Shown here: positions 36,401 to 57,200 of the stretch, piece after piece
How positions within the stretch are numbered: the stretch's first letter is position 1
How the letters are laid out: each line of letters opens with the position of its first letter
DNA from: Eledone cirrhosa
Lineage: Eukaryota
NCBI GenBank assembly: GCA_964016885.1
Contig: OZ024740.1
Location: 14,384,001 to 14,448,000, forward strand
Length of the DNA stretch: 64,000 nt
Direction: 5' to 3'
Made by a program: the position numbers and the translations under genes
Notes under the pieces: generated by a model
Databases searched by the model: none
Told to the model about the DNA's origin: nothing
The model's input: the letters and a program-made list of their open reading frames with translations, nothing else

Positions 36401-39400
36401 TACCTGCTTGTGTGTTGTATGTGGTCCTAGATGTATGTATTACCTGCTTGTGTGTTGTATGTGGCCCTAGATGTATGTATTACCTGCTTGTGTGTTGTAT
36501 GTGGCCCTAGATGTATGTATTACCTGCTTGTGTGTTGTATGTGGCCCTAGATGTATGTATTACCTGCTTGTGTGTTGTATGTGGCCCTAGATGTATGTAT
36601 TACCTGCTTGTGTGTTGTATGTGTCCCTAGATGTATGCATTACCTGCTTGTGTGTTGTATGTGGCGCTAGATGTATGTATTACCTGCTTGTGTGTTGTAT
36701 GTGGTCCTAGATGTATATATTACCTGCTTGTGTGTTGTATGTGGTTCTAGATGTATGTATCACCTGCGTGTGTGTTGTATGTGGCCCTAGATGTATGTAT
36801 TACCTGCTTCTGTGTTGTATGTGGCCCTAGATGTGTGTATTACCTGCTTGTGTGTTGTATGTGGCCCTAGATGTATGTATCACCTGCTTGTGTGTTGTAT
36901 GTGGCCCTAGATGTATGTATTACCTGCTTGTGTGTTGTATGTGGCCCTAGATGTATGTATTACCTGCTTGTGTGTTGTATGTGGCCCTAGATGTATGTAT
37001 TACCTGCTTGTGTGTCGTATGTGGCCCTAGATGTATGTATTACCTGCTTGTGTATTGTATGTGGCCCTAGATGTATGTATTACCTGCTTGTGTGTTGTAT
37101 GTGGCGCTAGATGTATGTATTACCTGCTTGTGTGTTGTATGTGGTCCTAGATGTATGTATTACCTGCTTGTGTGTTGTATGTTGCCCTAGATGTGTGTAT
37201 TACCTGCTTGTGTGTCGTATGTGGCCCTAGATGTATGTATTACCTGCTTGTGTGTTGTATGTGGCCCTAGATGTATGTATTACCTGCTTGTGTGTTGTAT
37301 GTGGTCCTAGATGTATGTATTACCTGCTTGTGTGTTGTATGTGGTCCTAGATGTGTGTATTACCTGCTTCTGTGTTGTATGTGGCCCTAGATGTATGTAT
37401 TACCTGCTTGTGTGTTGTATGTGGCCCTAGATGTATGTATTACCTGCGTGTGTGTTGTATGTGGCCCTAGATGTGTGTACTACCTGCTTGTGTGTTGTAT
37501 GTGGTCCTAGATGTATGTATCACCTGCGTGTGTGTTGTATGTGGCCCTAGATGTATGTATTACCTGCTTCTGTGTTGTATGTGGCCCTAGATGTATGTAT
37601 TACCTGCTTGTGTGTTGTATGTGGCCCTAGATGTATGTATTACCTGCTTGTGTGTTGTATGTGGTCCTAGATGTATGTATTACCTGGTTGTGTGTTGTAT
37701 GTGGCCCTAGATGTATGTATTACCTGCTTGTGTGTTGTATGTGGCCCTAGATGTATGTATTACCTGCTTGTGTGTTGTATGTGGCCCTAGATGTATATAT
37801 TACTTGCTTGTGTGTTGTATGTGGCCCTAGATGTATGTATTACCTGCTTGTGTGTTGTATGTGGCCCTAGATGTATGTATTACCTGCTTGTGTGTTGTAT
37901 GTGGTCCTAGATGTATGTATCACCTGCTTGTGTGTTGTATGTGGCTCTAGATGTGTGTACTACCTGCTTGTGTGTTGTATGTGGCCCTAGATGTATGTAC
38001 TACCTGCTTGTGTGTTGTATGTGGCCCTAGATGTATGTATTGCCTGCTTGTGTGTTGTATGTGGCCCTAGATGTATGTATTACCTGCTTGTGTGTTGTAT
38101 GTGGCCCTAGATGTATGTATTACCTGCTTGTGTGTTGTATGTGGCCGAAGATGTATGTATTACCTGCTTGTGTGTTGTATGCGGCCCTAGATGTATGTAT
38201 TACCTGCTTGTGTGTTGTATGTGGCCCTAGATGTATGTATTACCTGCTTGTGTGTTGTATGTGGCCCTAGATGTATGTATTACCTGTTTATGTGTTGTAT
38301 GTGGCCCTAGATGTATGTATTACCTGCTTGTGTGTTGTATGTGGCCCTAGATGTGTGTATTACCTGCTTGTGTGTTGTATGTGGCCCTAATTGTATGTAC
38401 TACCTGCTTGTGTGTTGTATGTGGCCCTAGATGTATGTATTACCTGCTTGTGTGTTGTATGTCGCCCTAGATGTATGTATTACTTGCTTGTGTGTTGTAT
38501 GTGGCCCTAGATGTATGTACTACCGGCTTGTGTGTTGTATGTGGCCCTAGATGTGTGTATTACCTGCGTGTGTGTTGTATGTGGCCCTAGATGTATGTAT
38601 TACCTGCTTCTGTGTTGTATGTGGCCCTAGATGTATGTATTACCTGCGTGTGTGTTGTATGTGGCCCTAGATGTGTGTACTACCTGCTTGTGTGTTGTAT
38701 GTGGTCCTAGATGTATGTATCACCTGCGTGTGTGTTGTATGTGGCCCTAGATGTATGTATTACCTGCTTCTGTGTTGTATGTGGTCCTAGATGTATGTAT
38801 TACCTGCTTCTGTGTTGTATGTAGCCCTAGATGTATGTATTACCTGCTTCTGTGTTGTATGTGGCCCTAGATGTATGTATTACCTGCTTGTGTGTTGTAT
38901 GTGGCCCTAGATGTATGTATTACCTGCTTCTGTGTTGTATGTGGTCCTAGATGTATGTATTACCTGCTTGTGTGTTGTATGTGGTCCTAGATGTATGTAT
39001 CACCTGCGTGTGTGTTGTATGTGGCCCTAGATGTATGTATTACCTGCTTCTGTGTTGTATGTGGCCCTAGATGTGTGTATTACCTGCTTGTGTGTTGTAT
39101 GTGGCCTAGATGTATGTATCACCTGCTTGTGTGTTGTATGTGGCCCTAGATGTATGTATTACCTGCTTGTGTGTTGTATGTGGCCCTAGATGTATGTAAT
39201 ACCTGCTTGTGTATTGTATGTGGCCCTAGATGTATGTATTACCTGCTTGTGTGTTGTATGTGGCGCTAGATGTATGTATTACCTTCTTGTGTGTTGTATG
39301 TGGTCCTAGATGTATGTATTACCTTCTTGTGTGTTGTATGTGGTCCTAGATGTATGTATTACCTGCTTGAGTGTTGTATGTGGTTCTAGATGTATGTATC

Positions 39401-41562
39401 ACCTGCGTGTGTGTTGTATGTGGCCCTAGATGTATGTATTACCTGCTTCTGTGTTGTATGTGGCCCTAGATGTATGTATTACCTGTGTGTGTGTTGTATG
39501 TGGCCCTAGATGTGTGTACTACCTGCTTGTGTGTTGTATGTGGTCCTAGATGTATGTATCACCTGCGTGTGTGTTGTATGTGGCCCTAGATGTATGTATT
39601 ACCTGCTTCTGTGTTGTATGTGGCCCTAGATGTATGTATTACCTGCTTGTGTGTTGTATGTGGCCCTAGATGTATGTATTACCTGCTTCTGTGTTTTATG
39701 TGGCCCTAGATGTATGTATTACCTGCTTGTGTGTTGTATGTGGCCCTAGATGTATGTATTACCTGCTTCTGTGTTGTATGTGGTCCTAGATGTATGTATT
39801 ACCTGCTTGTGTGTTGTATGTGGTCCTAGATGTATGTATCACCTGCGTGTGTGTTGTATGTGGTCCTAGATGTATGTATTACCTGCTTGTGTGTTGTATG
39901 TGGTCCTAGATGTATGTATCACCTGCGTGTGTGTTGTATGTGGTCCTAGATGTATGTATTACCTGCTTGTGTGTTGTATGTGGCCCTAGATGTATATATT
40001 ACCTGCTTCTGTGTTTTATGTGGCCCTAGATGTATGTATTACCTGCTTGTGTGTTGTATGTGGCCCTAGATGTATGTATTACCTGCTTCTGTGTTGTATG
40101 TGGCCCTAGATGTATGTATTACCTGCTTGTGTGTTGTATGTGGCCCTAGATGTATGTATTACCTGCTTGTGTATTGTATGTGGCCCTAGATGTATGTATT
40201 ACCTGCTTGTGTGTTGTATATGGCGCTAGATGTATGTATTACCTGCTTGTGTGTTGTATGTGGTCCTAGATGTATGTATTACCTGCTTGTGTGTTGTATG
40301 TGGTCCTAAATGTATGTATCACCTGCGTGTGTGTTGTATGTGGCCCTAGATGTATGTATTACCTGCTTCTGTGTTGTATGTGGCCCTAGATGTGTGTATT
40401 ACCTGCTTGTGTGTTGTATGTGGCCCTAGATGTATGTATCACCTGCTTGTGTATTGTATGTGGCCCTAGATGTATGTATTACCTGCTTGTGTGTTGTATG
40501 TGGCCCTAGATGTATGTATTACCTGCTTGTGTGTTGTATGTGGCCCTAGATGTATGTATTACCTGCTTGTGTGTTGTATGTGGCCCTAGATGTATGTATT
40601 ACCTGCTTGTGTGTTGTATGTGGCCCTAGATGTATGTACTACCTGCTTGTGTGTTGTATGTGGCGCTAGATGTATGTATTACCTGCTTGTGTGTTGTATG
40701 TGGTCCTAGATGTATCTATTACCTGCTTGTGTGTTGTATGTGGTCCTAGATGTATGTATTACCTGCTTGTGTGTTGTATGTGGTCCTAGATGTGTGTATT
40801 ACCTGCTTGTGTGTTGTATGTGGCCCTAGATGTGTGTATTACCTGCTTGTGTGTTGTATGTGGCCCTAGATGTGTGTATTACCTGCTTGTGTGTCGTATG
40901 TGGCCCTAGATGTATGTATTACCTGCTTGTGTGTTGTATGTGGCCCTAGATGTGTGTACTACCTGCTTGTGTGTTGTATGTGGTCCTAGATGTATGTATT
41001 ACCTGCTTGTGTGTTGTATGTGGCCCTAGATGTATGTATTACCTGCTTGTGTGTTTTATGTGGCCCTAGATGTATGTATTACCTGCTTGTGTGTTGTATG
41101 TGGCCCTAGATATATGTATTACCTGCTTGTGTGTTGTATCTGGCCCTAGATGTATGTACTACCTGCGTGTGTGTTGTATGTGGCCCTAGATGTATGTACT
41201 ACCTGCTTGTGTGTTGTATGTGGCCCTATATGTATGTACTACCTGCTTGTGTGTTGTATGTGGCCCTAGATATATGTACTACCTGCTTGTGTGTTGTATG
41301 TGGCCCTAGTTGTATGTATTACCTGCTAGTGTGTTGTATGTGGCCCTATATGTCTGTATTACCTGCTTGTGTGTTGTATGTGGCCCTAGATGTATGTATT
41401 ACCTGCTTGTGTGTTGTATGTGGCCATAGATGTCTGTATTACCTGCTTGTGTGTTGTATGTGGCCATAGATGTCTGTATTACCTGCTTGTGTGTTGTATG
41501 TGGCCCTAGATGTATGTATTACCTGCTTGTGTTTCGTATGTGTCCCTAGATGTATGTACTAC
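33499..41562 (+). repeat. 40-bp satellite array, ~200 copies (TGTGGCCCTAGATGTATGTATTACCTGCTTGTGTGTTGTA)
   Basis: Direct tandem periodicity. Confidence 0.99.
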
Positions 41563-41650
41563 CAGAACTATAAATATGAGCGGAACAAGTAAACATTAAA
41601 CAATCTTTTAAATAAATTAAAATACGATTTAAATATTCACCCGTTCTAAT

Positions 41651-41730
41651 GCTGTGACCGACGGTTTCGCTTATCAAAAGATTGGAAATTCAGAGAACTT
41701 GCAATGGAAAGAATCAGCTCTTCAGACAGC
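41651..41730 (-). ncRNA. Type I hammerhead ribozyme
   Basis: Minus strand: GCTGT-CTGAAGA-GCT...AGC-GAAA-CCGTCGG-TC-ACAGC, with a GUC cleavage triplet. Confidence 0.82.
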
Positions 41731-41802
41731 TATTTCCATACCCCAGGGCACAAAGCCTCGTAGTTTGCAATATATCGCTTTCTGCCCGATGCATGAGGTC
41801 AG

Positions 41803-41929
<127 letters not shown>

Positions 41930-42094
41930 AAGGAAAATAGGTGTAACCTCGACGGCGGCACCAAGCGGTTTCGACTATACATATATATAAATGAGCGCAG
42001 GAGAGTGTGATTTAACAGTGAACCCACCAATATGATGGAGCCTATGGTAAAAAATATTTTATTTCATATTTCCTTGTTTATCTGGTATTCGGGT

Positions 42095-42720
42095 TAACCC
42101 TTTTGTTATGAATCTTGGGTAATGACCGAAAGAATACGGTCACTAATACAAGCGGCTGAAATTGGGTTCCGCCGAAGGGTCTTTGGAGTAACGTTACTCG
42201 AAAGATGTGGAGCTCGGAGATGAGAGAGTACCTCCAGGCAGAGCTTCTACTTCTCTGAATTGAGAGATAACAGCTCTGATACTATGGACATGTGGTTAGA
42301 ATATCTCAGGAAAGAATTGCTGGACAGATTTTACGTGCAAAACCAACCAGCGAGTCTGTCAGAAGCAAAGATCTGTAACTGATCCAGCTGGACCCCAAAG
42401 CGTTACCAACCAAGCTCATGGATGTTATCCAACCATCTTGCTCAGGGCCTACCTCTGGGTCTCCTGGCGGTTGGTTTTGCCTGTAAAATATGTCCAGCGA
42501 TTCTTTCCTAAGACATTCTAACCACATGTCTATAGTATCGGAGTTGTGATCTCTCAATTCAGAGAAGTAGCAGCTCTTCCTGGAGTGACTCTCTGATCTC
42601 CGAGCTACACACTTTATCGAGTAACGTTACTCCAAAGACCCTTCGGAGGAACCATATTTCGGCCGCTTGTATTTGCAATCGTATTCTTTCGGTCATTACC
42701 CAAGATTCATGACCCTCAAT
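42095..42720. mobile_element. RTE-like LINE remnant present as two inverted copies (~42105-42350 plus strand; ~42470-42712 minus strand)
   Basis: VMTERIRSLIQAAEIGF...QL.YYGHVVR-like translation; the arms are reverse-complementary. Confidence 0.65.
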
Positions 42721-43155
42721 AAGGGGTGGCAGGAATACCAGGAAGACAACGAGTTTGGCTTTTACACCTACCCCCTTTTTCTGATTACTGAATATGGAGT
42801 TGGTACATTACTGCATCAGCTTTTGCAATTCTTGAACTTCTCAAACTGCTTCAGTAGAACTCCATTCACATGTCTACATTTGAGCGACTTCTGTCCATCA
42901 GTCTGTCACACGTGTGTATGTATTTGTGTGAATGTATGTGTGTGTGTCTGAATCTGTGTATGTGTGTGTGTGTGTATGTGTTTGTGTGAATGTATGTGTG
43001 GGTAAAAGGAAGGAATGGGATACACACATATATATGTCTCCAACTTAAAAACGGTGATACACGCACACACACACACACTCACACACACACACATATATAT
43101 ATATATGACACACACACATACATAACAAACTCAAGCACGCGCACATACGCACACT

Positions 43156-46190
<3,035 letters not shown>

Positions 46191-46205
46191 TATATAGATA
46201 TATAT

Positions 46206-46309
<104 letters not shown>

Positions 46310-46332
46310 TATATATATATATATATATACAT

Positions 46333-46672
46333 ACAATATTAAATAAATGGAAAACTATATTTATAAAACCATATCTATTTCATTATATATATTTCGGGGA
46401 TATCATATTAACAATATGCTATGCCTTCATCAGACAAAATACAATATAAACAGTTTTATAAAAACTGTTTATATTGTATTTTGTCTGATGAAGGCATAGC
46501 ATATTGTTAATATGATATCCCCGAAATATATATAATGAAATAGATATGGTTTTATAAATATAGTTTTCCATTTATTTAATATTGTAAATATACTCCAAAT
46601 ATTTGTCGAGTGCTTTTATATCAGTTATAACTATTTACTAGTTGTAACCCAACAATTTTAAATATAACTTTA
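46333..46672 (+). mobile_element. Family C-related pLTR remnant with fold-back (centre ~46459) and hammerhead 46478-46542
   Basis: TATTTTGT-CTGATGA-agg...cc-GAAA-TATATA-TA-ATGAAATA. Confidence 0.78.
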
Positions 46673-46673
46673 C

Positions 46674-47122
<449 letters not shown>

Positions 47123-47148
47123 TAATAATAATAATATATATTTATATA

Positions 47149-49124
47149 TATTAATTCAAAATATTAACAAAAATAGACATTCGTGTGATCAAGTATATTT
47201 TATTATACATATTTCACAGGTACTGAGCTATCTTCAACAGTACGTCCTCATCAGATAAAATAAGATGATGGATGACATACCCTGACTAAAATTCAGTCAT
47301 GGCAGTGAATAAGATATGAAAAAACTCTATATTTATATACCTTAAGATTGAGACATGAACAAATTACATATAATACAGAGGGTGCGTGTGAGAAAGCTTA
47401 TAAAGATACATAATAATAAACAACTACTAATATAATACAAACTTACATAACTGTTAGAGATTTAAATAATTTAAATTATTGAAGAAAGAGAAGTGAAAGA
47501 CAGAGAGAGAAATAGATGAGAAAAAAGAGAGTGACTAGAAGTATAGAAATATCTTATGCACGAAAGCAAAAGAAAATTGATTAAGGATAGAGAGACGAGG
47601 AGAAAATAATTTTTATAGTATAAACATAGGGAGGGAGACTTGTATTGTCATGGATAAATAGCGTATAATTAGATGATGCAAAAATATATATATAAATAAA
47701 TATATGTATAGGTTATATTTAATTTGTTGGGATACTACGAGCAAAATATTTTGATAACTGATATAAAGCACTCAACAAATTATTGGAGTAAATATACAAT
47801 ATATTAACAAATGGAGATTCCAACCAGAATGGTTGCATTTTTTAGAGTATGTCAATATTTATTTATAAAACTAACCAATATTATATTTTATCTGATGAAA
47901 GCGCACCATAGTTTGCTCTGGTGGCCCTTGAAATATGTATAATGAAATAAATATGGTTTTATAAATATAGTTTCCATTTGTTAATATATTGTATATAAAT
48001 ATATATTTGGGCATAGCTTTGTGAATGAATAATTTCGAATCGTTAAATTATCTAGAAATAATCAATCAATCAAAATATCAAATATATCTGGGTGTAGTTA
48101 TATGACGGTTTATTTTCGAATCTTTAAGTTAATTAGAAATAGTCTATTAATCAATTATATATATCCCAGCGTATCCGGATGACCATTAAATTTCGAATAT
48201 TTATGTTAGTTCGAAATAGTGAATTAATCTAAAGGCATAATATTTCAGGCTATAAAATTTATAAGTATTTATATTATAGTATAATATCATATTTGAAGTA
48301 TTTGCAAACATGAAGGTAATCCTGAAGGTAATCCAAATTAAATTATATTAAAAAAAATTTTTTTTTATAATAAAGAGATTTAATATTAAAAAATAATCAT
48401 TATATAATTTAGAAAATAATTACAATTATAAATTTAAAAATTAAAAATTAAAAATTAGAATGCCCTTAAGTATCCAAAGGCCATATAAGTATACTTAAAA
48501 AGGATATTATTAAACTAGATATTCGCATTTGTCTAAATTTATACAAAGAGTACATTGTTTAAAGTTTAAGACGATATTAGTCAGTTATATATAATATAAT
48601 AAATATAATTACTGTTAATAGTGTTAACAATAAAGTTTTACGTCAAGTATTATATTTAAAAAATTATTCAACTAGGATCATGTAATACATATATACTATC
48701 TTTTGCTTTCGTGCATAAGATATTTCTATACTTCTAGTCACTCTCTTTTTCCTCATCTATTTCTCTCTCTGTCTTTCACTTCTTCTTTCGTCAATAATTT
48801 AAATTATTTAAATCTCTAACAGTTATGTAAGTTTGTATTATATTAGTAGTTGTTTATTATTATGTATCTTTATAAGCTTTCTCACACGCACCCTCTGTAT
48901 TATATGTAATTTTTTCATGTCTCAATCTTAAGGTATATAAATATAGAGTTTTTCATATCTTATTCACTGCCATGACTGAATTTTAACCATCTACTTAGTC
49001 AGGTTATGTCATCCATCATCTTATTTTATTTGATGAGGACGTACTGTTGAAGATAGCTCAGTACCTGTGAAATATGTATAATAAAATATACTTGATCACA
49101 CGAATGTCTATTTTTGTTAATATT

Positions 49125-49130
<6 letters not shown>
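47149..49130. repeat. Long inverted repeat (arms ~47149-47573 and ~48700-49130, family E) around an AT-rich spacer containing a family C hammerhead (47884-47949)
   Basis: Arms are reverse-complementary over about 420 bp. Confidence 0.85.
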
Positions 49131-50695
<1,565 letters not shown>

Positions 50696-51051
50696 TTATT
50701 ATTATTAGAAAGTGACGTTTTTTTACAAAATGAAAAAGAAACGAGGTGTCCTACACGAGTGAAAATATAAGGAAAAAAGGTGAAATCGAAAATGCAACTG
50801 GAGTCTTTTTTTATAAAAATATATATTTATTTGGTTCCTTTACTGGTTTCCCAGTTCTTCTGCTTTTCAAAAGTAGAATTGAGATGGAGGGTTTGTGGTT
50901 TTTGTCACATCAGATGTGAGAAAAACCACAAACTCTCCATTTCAATTCTACTTTTGAAAAGCACAAGAACTGCTAAACCGGTAAAGGAACCAAATAAACA
51001 TATTTAAAAAAAACAAACTCCAGTTGCATTTTCGATTTCATCTTTTTTCCC

Positions 51052-53541
<2,490 letters not shown>

Positions 53542-53600
53542 TCCTGATGATTTCTAAAGAATGAAACACTTCTAGTCCTGTAGAATCTCATCTATATTAA

Positions 53601-53982
<382 letters not shown>

Positions 53983-53984
53983 TT

Positions 53985-54224
53985 TGTTTCTGAATTTGTT
54001 TAGCAAGATTCTTTATCTGAAATCGTGTGTTGAAACCGATATTGTTATACTTTGGGAGGGTCATGTTGCTATATATAAACAACTATCTGGTTGTGGAACC
54101 AACCAACCAGAAATTTATAAGTTTGTAGATTTGTAAATTTATAAATTTATAAATATATAATAAATTGAAGTGAAAGCAACTGGTACGTGTGTTTCTTATT
54201 GGCAACATGACCCTCCCAAAGTAT

Positions 54225-54231
<7 letters not shown>
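53985..54231 (-). mobile_element. Terminal remnant of a PLE-A relative with fold-back
   Basis: Encodes [22 protein letters not shown], compared with ORF1 [22 protein letters not shown]. Confidence 0.8.
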
Positions 54232-54290
<59 letters not shown>

Positions 54291-54294
<4 letters not shown>

Positions 54295-57200
54295 TTATTA
54301 AAATAACAGATTAAAGTTTAAGCAAAGAATCGCTGCTTTCACCCTTAACGGGATCTTCTGAAACTAACAAAGTCAATCTGTAAACGCAGAACTGGATATT
54401 TCAAAAAACGTTGCAACCGGAGGAAGACAGGAAGACGATACTTTGGTTCGTGGAAACGTTCGCTGGCAAAGAACGGGAAAAAACGAATAATACGTCATTA
54501 ATAGGAGCCGTGAAAAACAATTACGCGCAAAGACCGAACCACGTTTATGGTATAAAAGAGTTCGTAGACTAATGTTCTCTTAGGTGGTGCATAGAGACAT
54601 TCTCTGGCAATGAACGAAAAATCGAAGATAATAAGTCATATGTGGAGCGTGGAGAACAATAGCACGCAAAGACAAAACCACGTAAATGGTATAGCAGAAG
54701 TTGTAGACTAAAATTCTAACTAGGAGACCAAATGAATCTCCGCTACAGGGTTAAGAACAAAGTAAATAAATACAATACAGAAGTAATAGAAACAAATAAA
54801 TACATACACGCAAACAGATACTTACATACACAAGCATCAGCAAAACCTATTGTTCTCCACGCTCCACATATGACTTATTATCTTCGATTTTTCGTTCATT
54901 GCCAGAGAACGTCTCTATGCACCATCTAAGAGAACATTAGTCTACGACCTCTTTTATACCATAAACGTGGTTCTGTCTTTGCGCGTAATTGTTTTTCACG
55001 GCTCCTATTAATGACGTATTATTCGTTTTTTCCCGTTCTTTGCCAGCGAACGTTTCCACGAACCAAAGTATCGTCTTCCTGTCTTCCTCCGGTTGCAACG
55101 TTTTTTGAAATATCCAGTTCTGCGTTTACAGATTGACTTTGTTAGTTTCAGAAGATCCCGTTAAGGGTGAAAGCAGCGATTCTTTGCTTAAACTTTAATC
55201 TATTATTTTAATAAATATTTGCTCTACGGTTGTTATATATTTGATATATATTTTCCTTATCGAGCCCTCTTTGGATTTTAGTCTTCAATTTTATTATTAT
55301 TACTATTTGGCTCCTTCGGTTGAGCACTCTACTGACTTATATTCATCATGCAGAAACAACATCTGAATATTTCTACAAAGAACATACTCGTACCAAGCAG
55401 GAAAACATACCTAAAACTCCTGATACAGAAAACAGACGCGTTCATTAAAAGGTTGCGTTGGCGTGCCTTTTATTTCGATAATCCGCGAAAAGCAGACAAC
55501 AAACAGGATAAATTTGGATTTAAAACCTATAATAACCCTCCGTGGAACCCAGCATTGCTACCCTTCGAAAATGATGTCTTGGAACTCATTCGGAGTATCA
55601 AATTTCGGAATAGGAGCAATTCCTTCCAGCAAGACCTGAAGAATAGAATTCGTTCTATTAAGGATTCTAATGCCGTGCACGTCCATTCCGACAAAACTGG
55701 CAACCTATATCAAGTGGAGCGCAGTACTTACCATCAACTACTACATAATGCTGTAACTAAGGATTACCGTAAAACTAATCGGTGTGTCATCAATGAAATC
55801 AACGATGCTGGGTTTAAAATCAAAATCACATCTGATCTCAACATCCTGGACCGGACTGAACCTCTGGACCCTATCTCTCCCCACTTTACCCTGAAGGATC
55901 ACAAATCCAATTTTCCGAACAACCCCTCTATTCGGCTTATTAACCCTACGAAGTCCGATTTAGGTAGACTTAGTAAAACGATTCTTGATAGAATTATACC
56001 TGAAATTAGAAGTTTGGCCCCTCTCGCACTGTGGAACAATTCTTTCGCGGTGATTGATTGGTTCAACGGCATATGTAACAAGGAACATTGCCGTTTTATC
56101 CAATTCGACATCAACAATTACTACTCCTCCATCACTTTACCACTTCTCCTTAGAGCTATCAATTTCGCTAAAACACTCACAGTGGTTAAGGATTTCGAAG
56201 TTGATGTCATCCTTAATGCCCGAAAGTCAGTGATTAATTTCGACGACTCTATTTGGATTAAAAAATCCAATAGTACCCCATTCGACGTGAGTATGGGCGT
56301 CAGTGACTCTGCGGAGGTTACTGATCTTATTGGCCTTTTCCTTCTTTTCTCTATCAAGGACGAATTCCCCAACGCGGGCGGTGGTTTGTACCGTGACGAT
56401 GGTCTTTTGACCATGACTAAGTGCGGACCTCGTGCTTGCGACAGGTTCAGAAAAGAACTCACAGCCTTCTTTAAAGGCTTCAACCTCTCTATACAGGTTG
56501 AGGGCAATCTCTCGGTCGTTAATTACCTCGACGTTACCCTCAATTTATTGAATGGGTTGTATTACCCGTATAGAAAGCCGAATGATACGCTTAATTACAT
56601 AAGTAAGCATTCCAACCATCCTGCCAGCATAACCAAGAACCTGGTAAAAAACGTTTCGTTGAGACTTTCCCGTCTTTCCACCAACGAGCGCATTTTCAAC
56701 GACCATTCCACTTATTACAATGAAGCTCTTGCTCGAAGTGGATTTGTCGACAAGGTAGCATATACAGAGTACAAAAATAGACCTAGAAGAAATAGATCCC
56801 GTCGCATTTGTTGGTTTAACCCACCATATAATATGGAGGTGGCCACACCATTAGCTAAGATCTTTCTTTCCCTTATTACGAAGCATTTTCCCCCTACACA
56901 TAAATATAGTAAAATTTTTAATAGAAATACTATTAAAATTTCTTACTCTACGACTCCTAACCTTGCACATAACATCACAGCTTCAAATTTAGCTAAACTA
57001 CCTAGCCGTAGGAACACGTGCAACCCTGTAGTTAGTACTAACTGTAATTGTAGGAATCGGGCTGATTGCCCCCTATCCGGGAAATGCCTCTCTAGTAACA
57101 TTGTCTACAAATGTAAGGTTGTAACACCCACGTCCCGTAGGGCCTACATAGGGTTAACCGCCAATAGTTTCAAGCAGCATCTTTACATGCATACCCATTC

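Noticed and set aside
33499-41562. 40-bp array as a CRISPR array or repeat-protein gene
   Set aside because: No spacers and no cas genes; the TAG in each monomer closes every plus-strand frame every 120 nt.
47990-48700. Very AT-rich spacer as an organellar insertion
   Set aside because: No recognisable gene or tRNA; more likely PLE UTR sequence.
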